47,704 bases of DNA, from the IMG/VR virus record IMGVR_UViG_3300009788_004654, positions 1-47,704 of that record; one strand, written 5' to 3'. The translations under genes were made by a program, and so were the position numbers. Below are positions 10,221 through 19,670 of the stretch, piece by piece. The first letter of the stretch is position 1; each line of letters starts with the position of its first letter. The notes beneath the pieces are model-generated. The model was not told the DNA's origin, did no database searches, and was given only the letters and a program-made list of their open reading frames with translations. Source of the stretch: a virus. Lineage: Duplodnaviria; Caudoviricetes.

Positions 10221-11261
10221 TCAAACAATAACAGGCTCTCTTCTTATACCACTCTCACTTTCCCAAGGACGCATTATTGGTTTAGTATAGCTTTTACCAC
10301 TTAAAGCCTTTTTTATAGCCTCAGAATCGCTCTCACTTACCCTAAGTAACGATTTTTTACCCAAACGGTCAGGTAACAACCCTGTACGATAGCTATAAGC
10401 ATCACATCCATTACATGGACCAAAACTACGCTCTCCATGATAAAGCTTCTTCCTAGCAGCATTAAAATATTCATTTTGCCATATAGAATTAAGATCTCCA
10501 TCTAAAATATTTCCACATTTATAATATCCTCTAAAATCATTACAACATATTGTAATATTCCCATCCCAACGTATGCTAATCTCTCTAAAAGGCTTTGCAC
10601 ATCTCTTACCTTGTAAATTATCATTAGGTGGAAAAGCACAACCAGCATGATTATTTATAAACGAATGAGTACCAGTAGTAGCTATAGATGGATCCTCTGC
10701 AACCACAATTAATTTCTCACTTACTTTACGTCTTATATGAGGATTAGCTTTCTTATCATCCGGATAAAACCTAATATTATACTTACCACTATATTTATTA
10801 ACTATTTTATCTACTATTTTTAGCTCTCCATAACTATCTAACAACAATACATTTAATCCAACATCCATTAACTTATCTATTCTAGACGAAGTATTTTTTA
10901 AAAATCCACCTCCATTACTCGTCATCATTAATGGTAATCTAGGTAACATTTCACGAAATATACTCACTATCTTCACACAAAAAGGATTTAAAGTTGGTTC
11001 ACCATGCATAGCAAACTCTATACGAGGATTCCATAAATTATAAGCTATTTCATAAGCTATTTGATGAGCTATAATAAATGCACGTCCTCGTTTAAGATAT
11101 TTATAAGGCTTACTATTTTTCCCTCTAATATTTTTAGGCCCATTAGCTCCATTATTACGTATTCCCTGCATCCCACAAAAACTACAAGCAAGTTGACATC
11201 CCTCTGTTAACTCTATCTGAATTGCATTGGGAGGATCTTGTTTATACTTGCGAACCTTCAT
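10221..11261 (-). CDS. radical SAM protein with SPASM/twitch domain
   Basis: CQLACSFC (CxxxCxxC), GEP, SNG and C..PF....RWDG...CC...C..C. It overlaps the upstream glycosyltransferase gene. Confidence 0.9.
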   Translation of the reverse strand: MKVRKYKQDPPNAIQIELTEGCQLACSFCGMQGIRNNGANGPKNIRGKNSKPYKYLKRGRAFIIAHQIAYEIAYNLWNPRIEFAMHGEPTLNPFCVKIVSIFREMLPRLPLMMTSNGGGFLKNTSSRIDKLMDVGLNVLLLDSYGELKIVDKIVNKYSGKYNIRFYPDDKKANPHIRRKVSEKLIVVAEDPSIATTGTHSFINNHAGCAFPPNDNLQGKRCAKPFREISIRWDGNITICCNDFRGYYKCGNILDGDLNSIWQNEYFNAARKKLYHGERSFGPCNGCDAYSYRTGLLPDRLGKKSLLRVSESDSEAIKKALSGKSYTKPIMRPWESESGIRREPVIV

Positions 11262-12024
11262 AAGCCTTCTTCCACTGTATCCTAACATCTTGACGTATTT
11301 CTATATCTTTCCAACCAGTCTTACTTTTTTTCTCAACTACCTTAACAAAATCTGGAAATAAAGCCGCTAACTTTTTAGAAACAGTAGCTTGTAGAGTACC
11401 ATTTCTATATATAGAACATCCACCAGGAGCATTAGAACCACTCCTTTGATCCCACACAGCATCAACTATTACACAATTAGGATAACCAAGCTTGAATAAC
11501 GAAAGTGTAACATAATAATCCTCCATTAACTCAATCTTATCATACCTCACATCATGGTTAAGTAAAACAGAAGGTCTTACACCATGAACATTATTTTGTT
11601 TTGAAATTGTCTTTACTACATTAGGAAATTGTTGATTATTCATAAAACGAGGACTAAGACCAACATGCACAAACTCATTAAGCAATTTCTCTAATCTTAA
11701 AATAATCCAAGCAATTTCTCTACCAACTACAGGTCTTAAATTCCACCTTGAAGAGTCTTTTCTTACGAAGAAATCTAGGTCATCATCTAACATTAACAAC
11801 TTATCATCTGTATATCTATAATTATGATATTCGATTATAAACTGTCTTACTTTACTTATACCTTTATATGGACATACTATGACCTTTCTACCAACTTCTT
11901 TATGTTTTATATATTCATCCTCTGGAATTACCAACACAGCTTTTTGTCTAGTCTTTTTATCGAGATTATTTAAAGTAACTTGGTTGTTAATTCTACCAAT
12001 GGTGGGTATATATATTTTCATCAT
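11242..12024 (-). CDS. TAGT/GREB1-like DNA glycosyltransferase (T-even beta-alpha-glucosyltransferase-like, GT-A)
   Basis: IYIPT.GR, GI..VR, MLDDD, EDY..TL.L...GY and APGGCS.YR motifs. Confidence 0.8.
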   Translation of the reverse strand: MMKIYIPTIGRINNQVTLNNLDKKTRQKAVLVIPEDEYIKHKEVGRKVIVCPYKGISKVRQFIIEYHNYRYTDDKLLMLDDDLDFFVRKDSSRWNLRPVVGREIAWIILRLEKLLNEFVHVGLSPRFMNNQQFPNVVKTISKQNNVHGVRPSVLLNHDVRYDKIELMEDYYVTLSLFKLGYPNCVIVDAVWDQRSGSNAPGGCSIYRNGTLQATVSKKLAALFPDFVKVVEKKSKTGWKDIEIRQDVRIQWKKAYEGSQV

Positions 12025-12194
12025 GAATTTTCTAATTCATCGGTTTCTCTGTATAGTTTACGAATTGTATCTTTAAAAGACTTATTGCCAGAAACTTCAA
12101 GTAAATCTTCAATAACACAACATACGTCCTCCTTGCTAATATATTTCATAAGAATCTTAATAACTTCCTTAGATGTCTTATTAGATATAGCCAC
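12021..12194 (-). CDS. small hypothetical protein (57 aa, not in ORF track)
   Basis: GTG start, MAISNKTSKEVIKILMKY...GNKSFKDTIRKLYRETDELENS. Its stop overlaps the TAGT start (ATGA). Confidence 0.6.
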   Translation of the reverse strand: MAISNKTSKEVIKILMKYISKEDVCCVIEDLLEVSGNKSFKDTIRKLYRETDELENS

Positions 12195-12275
12195 CTTAAA
12201 CCCCTTTTCTATACATTTGTATTAATTATTTAAGAGAATGAAACAGAAATACTTCAAGATCAAAATGTTAAAAAT

Positions 12276-12376
12276 AGGGCAATCTCCCATGTTATATAGC
12301 ATAACAACATAGGAAGGAGAGAAGCCAAAAACCTATGTATGCAAAGCTACTGTTTAGTGACACAAGAGACTGCCCT
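12276..12376 (-). ncRNA. candidate structured RNA
   Basis: An 11-bp closing helix AGGGCAGUCUC/GAGAUUGCCCU encloses two hairpins. Confidence 0.45.
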
Positions 12377-12390
12377 TAACTTAAGTAAGA

Positions 12391-13488
12391 CTATTTAGTT
12401 TTCTTCTTTTTCTTCTTTTTCTTACTAGTCTTACTTTTTTTCTCAACTTCCTTTTTCTCAACTTCCTTTTTCTTACCTTTCTTCTTCTTGCCTTTCTTCT
12501 TCTCACTAGCAGCCTTCTCAGCTAAAGCTTTACCCTTCTCTTTTCTTTCCTTACTATCTTTGGAAGCCAAAATACCGGCCTTTTTCATCATTTTCTCTTG
12601 ACCCTTAGATAGTTCTTTTGTAAGCTCAAAAGCTGCAAAATCACAATTAGCTGAATCGTTGGGGAAATATTCACCATAAGTAGTACACTCTTTTGCCTTA
12701 GGGAACTCATCAGGAGTATGCCTATTAAGCAAAACAATAAAGCCACTATCAGTCTTCTTAGACTTAATTATAGAAGCGGCTATTGCACCTTCTTTTTTGA
12801 GTGTAGTTATACTGGTGCGATGCACTATATCAAAGTTTCCGGCTTTAGCCATTGCCTTGATAACTTTACTAAAAGTCTTAGGTACAATTCCACCCTCTAT
12901 TCCATCGACTTTAGCCTTCTTTAGTACTTTCTTCACTTTCTTCTCTTTCTTCTCTTTCTTCTCTTTCTTCTTTTTCTTCACAGATTTCACCCCTTTCTTA
13001 CCTTTCTTAGACTTTTTCTTCTTTTCTTCCTCCTCCTCTTCTTCCTCCTCTTCTTCCTCTTCTTCCTCTTCCTCTTCCTCTTCTTCCTCTTCCTCTTCTT
13101 CCTCTTCCTCTTCTTCCTCCTCTTCTTCCTCTTCCTCTTCTTCCTCCTCTTCTTCCTCCTCTTCTTCCTCTTCCTCCTCTTCTTCTTCCTCCTCTTCTTC
13201 CTCTTCCTCTTCTTCCTCTTCCTCTTCTTCCTCTTCCTCTTCTTCCTCCTCTTCTTCCTCTTCCTCTTCTTCCTCCTCTTCTTCCTCCTCTTCTTCCTCC
13301 TCTACTTCTTCTTCCTCTACTTCCTCTTTAGTATCAACAGCACATTCACTATCCTCACCATCTTTGCCATAAAAACACTTCTGGCAATCATCTTCATCCT
13401 CATCATAAAGAGCAAAACACTTTGGCTTAGTAGGAACTTTACTTCCGCCCTTTTTCTTTTTCTTCTTTGACACCTTTTTTTTCGCCAT
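12391..13488 (-). CDS. Lys-rich protein with ~100-residue poly-Glu tract
   Basis: Strong GAGAGGAG RBS. It has basic termini, a 4-Cys N-terminal motif and a GAA/GAG tract at ~13024-13326. Confidence 0.85.
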   Translation of the reverse strand: MAKKKVSKKKKKKGGSKVPTKPKCFALYDEDEDDCQKCFYGKDGEDSECAVDTKEEVEEEEVEEEEEEEEEEEEEEEEEEEEEEEEEEEEEEEEEEEEEEEEEEEEEEEEEEEEEEEEEEEEEEEEEEEEEEEEEEEEEEEEEEEEEEEEEEEEEKKKKSKKGKKGVKSVKKKKKEKKEKKEKKVKKVLKKAKVDGIEGGIVPKTFSKVIKAMAKAGNFDIVHRTSITTLKKEGAIAASIIKSKKTDSGFIVLLNRHTPDEFPKAKECTTYGEYFPNDSANCDFAAFELTKELSKGQEKMMKKAGILASKDSKERKEKGKALAEKAASEKKKGKKKKGKKKEVEKKEVEKKSKTSKKKKKKKKTK

Positions 13489-13630
13489 CGTCTATCTCCT
13501 CTCACTATTTGAAGTTATGAAAGTTAAACAAAACAGACTCATCAACCCACACATTATATAAACCTAATTTGTCACCTCCTCCGACCCTAATTTATGGGTC
13601 TGAATTTGCAGGTCTGAATCCGAGTACGCC

Positions 13631-13655
13631 AAGTATACGGTAAAAAATGTTATTA
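13631..13655 (-). promoter_or_regulatory. putative phage promoter TAATAA-N8-ACCGTATACT
   Basis: Intergenic, with a TATACT -10-like hexamer. The motif recurs at ~22241 and ~44850. Confidence 0.45.
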
Positions 13656-13692
13656 CGAGTAAAATACCTTATACACTTCAACCCATCTATAA

Positions 13693-14751
13693 CTAACTAA
13701 TTTGGCTACTGAAAATAAAGTTACCACCACTCACCCTATCCCTCTTACGCAACACTGCACCAAATCTCTTATAACATTTAATATCATCAGGATCAATACC
13801 ATCCTCAAGTCTGACAACACTTATAATGCCATCAAAATAATCTACCATTTTTCTTACAGACCTTTCAACAATCCTACATTTTTCCTCGTCTTTCCATACA
13901 TCGCCATCAAACATAAAAATATATTCTTTCGCATCTTTCTCCAATAACAAATCCCTCTGATAGTTACTAAGCGAAATTCCAAATATACCAACAGTTTTCA
14001 TACCAAAAGACCAAGCACGAAAAACATCAAACACTCCCTCTACAATCAAGATCCTATTACATCGCACAGGAATATTATCATAGTTAAATAACAATAAACT
14101 ACTCAAAGAAGACTTAGGATTTAAGATTTTCTTCTTATTCTTCTCATATTTAACATTATCTGGATATCTCTCATGAAGTTCCTTATATCTAGCCAATACC
14201 TTTTTATTAAATAGAGTATAAGCTATATAAGACCTACTCCTGCCAGTGAAAACAGGTATTATTAATCTATTTCTAAAAAAACCAGTTCTGCATATACCAA
14301 CTTTGAACATTCTTATCAATTTCCATTCTATACTACGATCAACTAGAGTTTTTGGCATACTACCAGCTAATCTTCTATAACACTTTGGTAAATCAATAAC
14401 AAAACTCTCACGACTTTCAATTCTATCTAACTCATGACTAGTTAACATATTATTACTCATAGTCATAACATCTGAATAAATATCATCTTTAACACCATAC
14501 AAAGCACCATAATTTCTTTTAATGTCTCTATATGACATGCCATAATACATACATAAAAAAGCTTTGTAATCACCACTTATGGTACATCTATGACAAACAA
14601 ATTTCCTCTTTTTAACATTAACAAACATATGGTTCTTAGGATTAGGACAATCCTCACTAATACAATTTATACGCCTCTCATCATGATTAGAATAAGACAC
14701 ATAAGCATTAGGAAATTCATTATCTATAAAAAGTTTAAAATCTATATCCAC
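13693..14751 (-). CDS. DNA primase (Zn finger + TOPRIM)
   Basis: C..C...H...CHRC zinc domain, LFN, VEGVFD, FDGD and DPDD motifs. Confidence 0.9.
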   Translation of the reverse strand: MDIDFKLFIDNEFPNAYVSYSNHDERRINCISEDCPNPKNHMFVNVKKRKFVCHRCTISGDYKAFLCMYYGMSYRDIKRNYGALYGVKDDIYSDVMTMSNNMLTSHELDRIESRESFVIDLPKCYRRLAGSMPKTLVDRSIEWKLIRMFKVGICRTGFFRNRLIIPVFTGRSRSYIAYTLFNKKVLARYKELHERYPDNVKYEKNKKKILNPKSSLSSLLLFNYDNIPVRCNRILIVEGVFDVFRAWSFGMKTVGIFGISLSNYQRDLLLEKDAKEYIFMFDGDVWKDEEKCRIVERSVRKMVDYFDGIISVVRLEDGIDPDDIKCYKRFGAVLRKRDRVSGGNFIFSSQIS

Positions 14752-14753
14752 GA

Positions 14754-15686
14754 CTACTTACCTTTAACAACACGCCCTATAGATTCAAGCACAGCATTCA
14801 AATCAAGAAAATTCCAACAATTCTCTTCAACATTACAATCATCATTATTACATGGTCTACAAGACAAATCAAAATCAGCATCCACTTTATATAGATGCTT
14901 AAAATCATAAGTATTTCTAGATAATGTACTGCCATACATACCTATACATTTAATACCCAAAGCTAAAGCTAAATGTAGTCCAAAATTGTCTTCAGACACA
15001 ATTATATCGCAAGCCTTAATAGCATGAGCTAGACATTGTATATCAAATTTTCCTACTAAATTCAAAACATTAAAACCAGATAATTTACTAACTATAGACC
15101 TAGCCTTAATATCATTTACTTCGCTACCTAATAACACCACTGTCGAAGCATATCCTTTTAAAAATACTTTCTCTAATAAATCAATATAATCAATCAGAGA
15201 AAGCTTTTTTGTGGGATGACAATCATCAAAATAAACACCCATAACACCAAGATTCTTATTCAAATGCTTCATCATAACATTATAGACATAATCATCTCTT
15301 CCTTTCCTCAACTTAAATACATAAGGCATATTGTCAAATTCTTTACTATCATATTCATAACAAGACAAACTACCATCATATTCATTTAATAAACGGTTAA
15401 GTAAACAAATATTAAATAATTCTCCTCTAAAATCATTATCAAAAACACAAAACCATTTGACATATAGAACATGAATTAACATATAAGCTTCAATAGAACC
15501 TATCACTACCTTTTTACAAATCAAATCATCAGGTAATATATCAAAAAATTCTCTCTCAGTTAACCAATATATGTTATAGTGACTAAGACTATGTAAACAT
15601 CGAGTACTTAACAGCACATCCTTTGCAGACATAGATGACACGATAACACAAATAGGCTTACGATTACGATAAACTAAATCTTTCAT
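14754..15686 (-). CDS. glycosyltransferase family 9 (heptosyltransferase-like)
   Basis: NLVGK, IVSEDNFGLHLALALG, GMYGST and C-terminal CRPC..C..C. Confidence 0.8.
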   Translation of the reverse strand: MKDLVYRNRKPICVIVSSMSAKDVLLSTRCLHSLSHYNIYWLTEREFFDILPDDLICKKVVIGSIEAYMLIHVLYVKWFCVFDNDFRGELFNICLLNRLLNEYDGSLSCYEYDSKEFDNMPYVFKLRKGRDDYVYNVMMKHLNKNLGVMGVYFDDCHPTKKLSLIDYIDLLEKVFLKGYASTVVLLGSEVNDIKARSIVSKLSGFNVLNLVGKFDIQCLAHAIKACDIIVSEDNFGLHLALALGIKCIGMYGSTLSRNTYDFKHLYKVDADFDLSCRPCNNDDCNVEENCWNFLDLNAVLESIGRVVKGK

Positions 15687-15705
15687 AACCTTACCTTTAA
15701 TCCTC

Positions 15706-16383
15706 TTAAAGTTTAAATCTAAAATGCTTAAGATTTATATCTTCATACGGTGTTGTAGTTGCAGTAAAAAAAGAATCACCGTTATTGACCACAGGCATCC
15801 TAATTATATAAACAAACTTATAATCATCTAGAATCTCCAAAATTTTTCCAGAAACCTTGATATCAAACATTAAATTGTTTATCGCAAATTCAATACTCTT
15901 TAAATCCTCCTCGACAATAGAAGACAAAGCATCAAATTCATCACCAACATACATTATTCTCTTTAGAATATTTTTATACAATTCCTTTTTCTTATTTAAA
16001 TTCTCAATACCAGATTTATGCTCACCAATAACAGTAGAAACAAAGCTTTTCATAATAGTAATAACGTCACTAGATAAAACTTTCTTACCATTCTCATCTA
16101 CCACTCCTTTAAATAATGAACACAAATTAGTAACAGCAGCTTCCTTTATACGCCGCTCTTCTGGCACATCATTAAAACTACCCATCCTATCATATTCAGC
16201 ACGTCTATGATTATTATACAAAACAGCAAAAGCTTCAGTAATAAGAGCAAATTCTTCATTACTACCACCTACATCAGGATGCATTTTTTTAGCTTTTTTC
16301 CTATAGGCTTTTTTAATTTGCTCTCTAGTAGCCTTTTCATCAACATCAAGTCTACTATATAAATCTTTATTTTTATTTCCCAT
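15706..16383 (-). CDS. J-domain (DnaJ-like) protein
   Basis: DLY..L, IKKAYR, HPD and R..YD motifs. Confidence 0.9.
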   Translation of the reverse strand: MGNKNKDLYSRLDVDEKATREQIKKAYRKKAKKMHPDVGGSNEEFALITEAFAVLYNNHRRAEYDRMGSFNDVPEERRIKEAAVTNLCSLFKGVVDENGKKVLSSDVITIMKSFVSTVIGEHKSGIENLNKKKELYKNILKRIMYVGDEFDALSSIVEEDLKSIEFAINNLMFDIKVSGKILEILDDYKFVYIIRMPVVNNGDSFFTATTTPYEDINLKHFRFKL

Positions 16384-16388
16384 TTAAT

Positions 16389-17702
16389 TTACTCTACTAC
16401 CTCCTTAAAATTTATAGACATTACATGGAACATTAAATCTACCAAAAGTTTTAAATTCCCTTCATCATCTCTATTTTTATCAAGAAATATAATAGCTTCT
16501 CTACTATCTTCTTGTTCAGCAGTCTGGCTAATTGTTAACCATATATCACTTAACCTAGCCTTATCATAAGATTCACTAAATCCTTCTTGCCTAACCAATT
16601 GATGTCTTTCACCAGCTTTAGCATGACTAGTAGTAAAAACAGGTATACGACGTATTTCACTTTGTTTCTTAGCATCCTTATAAACCTTACTAACATTTAA
16701 TCTATAATTCTCCTGCTTCTCACTAGGCAACATATGATCTAAAGAATCATATATTATTATATCAGGTATCCAACCCTCAGCAATTTCAAGAGTACGTAAC
16801 ACTGCCTCAATCTTTGGCACAGTACAAGTATCAATAGGAAAATGGAATATCTTAAGATTTTTACGAAATTTACTTCTCAACTTTTTTATATGAAACCTAG
16901 CTTGTTTTATATCTTTTTTCTTCCACTTATACATCATTATATTTCTATAAGGATATCCCAACAACCTACTATCATAACGACCAACAACTTGGTCTATAAC
17001 ATTTTCAAAAACAAAATGTGCAACCTTTACATTAGACAAAAATGCACTAGAACCAACATGCACCGAAAATATACTTTTTCCAATTCCAGAAGTCGCAGCA
17101 ACTACAATTAGTAGAGACGTACCAGTAAATATTTGACACACATTATCAAGAGGTCCTAATTTAAGTTTTATTTGCTTATACTTCTTATCTCTCTTTTTTA
17201 ATTTCCTAAACTCTTGTCTAGAATCCCAGTCCTCAGTAAAATCACATATCTCATAATCATCTTTACCAATATCAAATAAAAATGAAGATTTTATTACATC
17301 TTTAGCACCTTCTAAATTACCTTGCTCACCAAATTTTGCAGCTTTTCTTAGAAGTAAACCAAAACTCTGCACCTCAGCCCAACTATATATATTATCGAAT
17401 ATATGCTTCTTAGATTTTACTTTAATCTTATATAGAGGTAACAAAGCCCTTTTATATGCACGTAATTCATCTACTTCTTTAATATCTTTTCTCAAATCTA
17501 ACAAAAGAGACTTTTTAGTAAGTAAACTACCATCATATTTTTCATAATGCTTAAAAACTTTCTTACATAACCACCTATAGGGCACAGTAGTAAAGTATTG
17601 AGATTTTATAACGCCTCTACACCTCACAATTACATCTTTATCTCTTATTAATATGCTTAAAATATCTCTCTGTAAAGAAAGTCGTAACTTAGCTTTTGTC
17701 AT
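16389..17702 (-). CDS. DnaB-like replicative helicase
   Basis: Walker A SGIGKS, FE, IIYD and C-terminal KNR. Confidence 0.85.
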   Translation of the reverse strand: MTKAKLRLSLQRDILSILIRDKDVIVRCRGVIKSQYFTTVPYRWLCKKVFKHYEKYDGSLLTKKSLLLDLRKDIKEVDELRAYKRALLPLYKIKVKSKKHIFDNIYSWAEVQSFGLLLRKAAKFGEQGNLEGAKDVIKSSFLFDIGKDDYEICDFTEDWDSRQEFRKLKKRDKKYKQIKLKLGPLDNVCQIFTGTSLLIVVAATSGIGKSIFSVHVGSSAFLSNVKVAHFVFENVIDQVVGRYDSRLLGYPYRNIMMYKWKKKDIKQARFHIKKLRSKFRKNLKIFHFPIDTCTVPKIEAVLRTLEIAEGWIPDIIIYDSLDHMLPSEKQENYRLNVSKVYKDAKKQSEIRRIPVFTTSHAKAGERHQLVRQEGFSESYDKARLSDIWLTISQTAEQEDSREAIIFLDKNRDDEGNLKLLVDLMFHVMSINFKEVVE

Positions 17703-17934
17703 AAAACATCTCCGGAGGCATCAGTGGCCCTGCCCATTGACCATTTAAATCATCAAGCAAAACTCCACTACTAGAACCTTCTGGGAAAAATACCTCTGGT
17801 GTTAAAATAATAGTTACTACACTCACAACAACAGGTCCAATATCGTGAAAGTTTTCATGATATCCCTTAATACTGCCCATAAACCAATAAAAACCATCTA
17901 CTTTTGGCCTTTCCTTCTTATACTTATATTCCAC
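17689..17934 (-). CDS. hypothetical protein
   Basis: P..DGFYW...WAGPL..P pattern of small phage proteins. It overlaps the helicase start. Confidence 0.65.
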   Translation of the reverse strand: MEYKYKKERPKVDGFYWFMGSIKGYHENFHDIGPVVVSVVTIILTPEVFFPEGSSSGVLLDDLNGQWAGPLMPPEMFYDKS

Positions 17935-17940
17935 AATTAA

Positions 17941-18537
17941 TCACCTCAATCCTGCAAATCTCAAAGCATTTCCAATATCTTTAATGAAACTATTTTTATA
18001 CTTATGACCATTTGGACGTATAACAAAAGCAGGATGAAAAGTATACATTACATCAACATTTGTATTATGTAACCATGGATATAAATTACCATGACATCGG
18101 ATCACGCTATCAGTAAACCCAGTCAGATAAGCACAAGCAACCCTACCAAGAGCAACAACTAATTTAGGTTCAATAATTTCAATCTGTCTATTTAAAAATA
18201 AAATACATTCTTCAACTTCACTTATTCTAGGATCTCGATTACCGAGAGGCCGACACTTTAGAATATTTAGGAAATTAACATGATTACGTGGTATTTTGAA
18301 CATTTTTAAGACACCATTAATATGTACTCCAGCCCTACCACAAAATGTAAGACCACTTATATCTTCCTCATGCCCAGGACCTTCACCAACAAAAACCAAT
18401 CCTCCTTTCAAACCAGGACCAGTTCCATGACATACATTTGTTCTGGTAGTACTCAAACCACATCTTGTACAATTCTTCTTAGGTATCCTTAATTCCTTCG
18501 GTAATCTTTTTATCTTCATTAACAAATACCCCATCAT
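17941..18537 (-). CDS. uracil-DNA glycosylase family 4 (Fe-S)
   Basis: C..C, VGEGPG..E, G..F.GRAG, N..KCRP..NR.P, LGRVA and HPA motifs. Confidence 0.92.
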   Translation of the reverse strand: MMGYLLMKIKRLPKELRIPKKNCTRCGLSTTRTNVCHGTGPGLKGGLVFVGEGPGHEEDISGLTFCGRAGVHINGVLKMFKIPRNHVNFLNILKCRPLGNRDPRISEVEECILFLNRQIEIIEPKLVVALGRVACAYLTGFTDSVIRCHGNLYPWLHNTNVDVMYTFHPAFVIRPNGHKYKNSFIKDIGNALRFAGLR

Positions 18538-18886
18538 AAAATGGATTTTTTAAAACACTAGCAGCAATTTTTTCTCGCTGTTCAACAGTACCAAAACCAC
18601 AACCTACTTTCTTCTCATATTCAACACCATCAACAAAAATACTTTTTATATCTTCTACCTCACCCATACTGACAATAATAATTCTACCTGTGCTAACAAG
18701 CCAATATAAAAATGTAGGACACGCTACACCATTTAAAATTTTTCTATTACAAAACTCATCATACCCTCCCATTAATTCTCGTGAATTTTCAAAAAGATGT
18801 CGGACTTTACCAACATTAAATTTCATTAATTCATTAGCCTTACCATTTTCGCTTATGTTACTTAAAGAAACTTTGGAGCCGCTCAT
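18479..18886 (-). CDS. hypothetical protein
   Basis: ORF with a GGGAGG RBS. Confidence 0.6.
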   Translation of the reverse strand: MSGSKVSLSNISENGKANELMKFNVGKVRHLFENSRELMGGYDEFCNRKILNGVACPTFLYWLVSTGRIIIVSMGEVEDIKSIFVDGVEYEKKVGCGFGTVEQREKIAASVLKNPFYDGVFVNEDKKITEGIKDT

Positions 18887-19649
18887 TTCTTACCTCCCTT
18901 AAATCACGTTTACTAAAAAACCTTATACCCTGAAATCCTTCAAGCATCAAACTCTCCATCTGAGCACCAAAATTTTCTGAAATCTCATCTATGTCTTTGT
19001 AATTAGATACAAGTATCGTAGAAGTCTGTGATTCTACACGATTCTTACACACACTAGTAAATTCTGCCACAGTATGAGGAGTAACTCTTCCCACCAAACT
19101 AAGCTCATCAACAACTAATATATCTACACTAATAATCTCTTTAAAAAGTGGTTTTTTAGACTTGTCTTCATATGAATCAATAAGCAAACTAACAAGATCT
19201 TTGAGATATATATAATAACACGATTTGTTGTTTAATACAGCATTAGCAATTATATAAAAAGCAGCAGTTGTCTTACCACTGCCAGACGGTCCAAACATAA
19301 ACATACCCACACTATTCCTTATAGCTTTATTAAGATTATCGATAAACTTATCAATAAACCTATTGTATAGACTATACTTCTTCTTATAATCATAAGGATC
19401 TGTAACAAGAATCTTACGTTTTTCTAAGTCTAATATATCCCATCTACCTTTGGGTATATTAGATAATAACAATTTTTTCTTAAACTCGAAAATTTTCTTA
19501 CAACTACAATGTTTATATTTAAACCTACCAAGTTCGTCATCAAAATTAACTGGAATAAACCCTTTTTTGCATCTTTCACAGCTACCAATTATCTTATTAC
19601 TCAATTTGTTAACTTTTTCTCTTTTATGTTGATATATTGCTTCAAACAT
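18858..19649 (-). CDS. DnaC/IstB-like AAA+ helicase loader
   Basis: N-terminal C..C...C.C zinc site, GPSGSGKT, ILVVDE and R...TILVSN. Confidence 0.88.
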   Translation of the reverse strand: MFEAIYQHKREKVNKLSNKIIGSCERCKKGFIPVNFDDELGRFKYKHCSCKKIFEFKKKLLLSNIPKGRWDILDLEKRKILVTDPYDYKKKYSLYNRFIDKFIDNLNKAIRNSVGMFMFGPSGSGKTTAAFYIIANAVLNNKSCYYIYLKDLVSLLIDSYEDKSKKPLFKEIISVDILVVDELSLVGRVTPHTVAEFTSVCKNRVESQTSTILVSNYKDIDEISENFGAQMESLMLEGFQGIRFFSKRDLREVRNERLQSFFK

Positions 19650-19670
19650 AACTACTCTTTTCCAAAAGAC

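Noticed and set aside
12797-13372. Plus-strand poly-Ser ORF
   Set aside because: It is the antisense of the poly-Glu tract, uses only TCT/TCC codons in the tract and opposes the uniform gene orientation.
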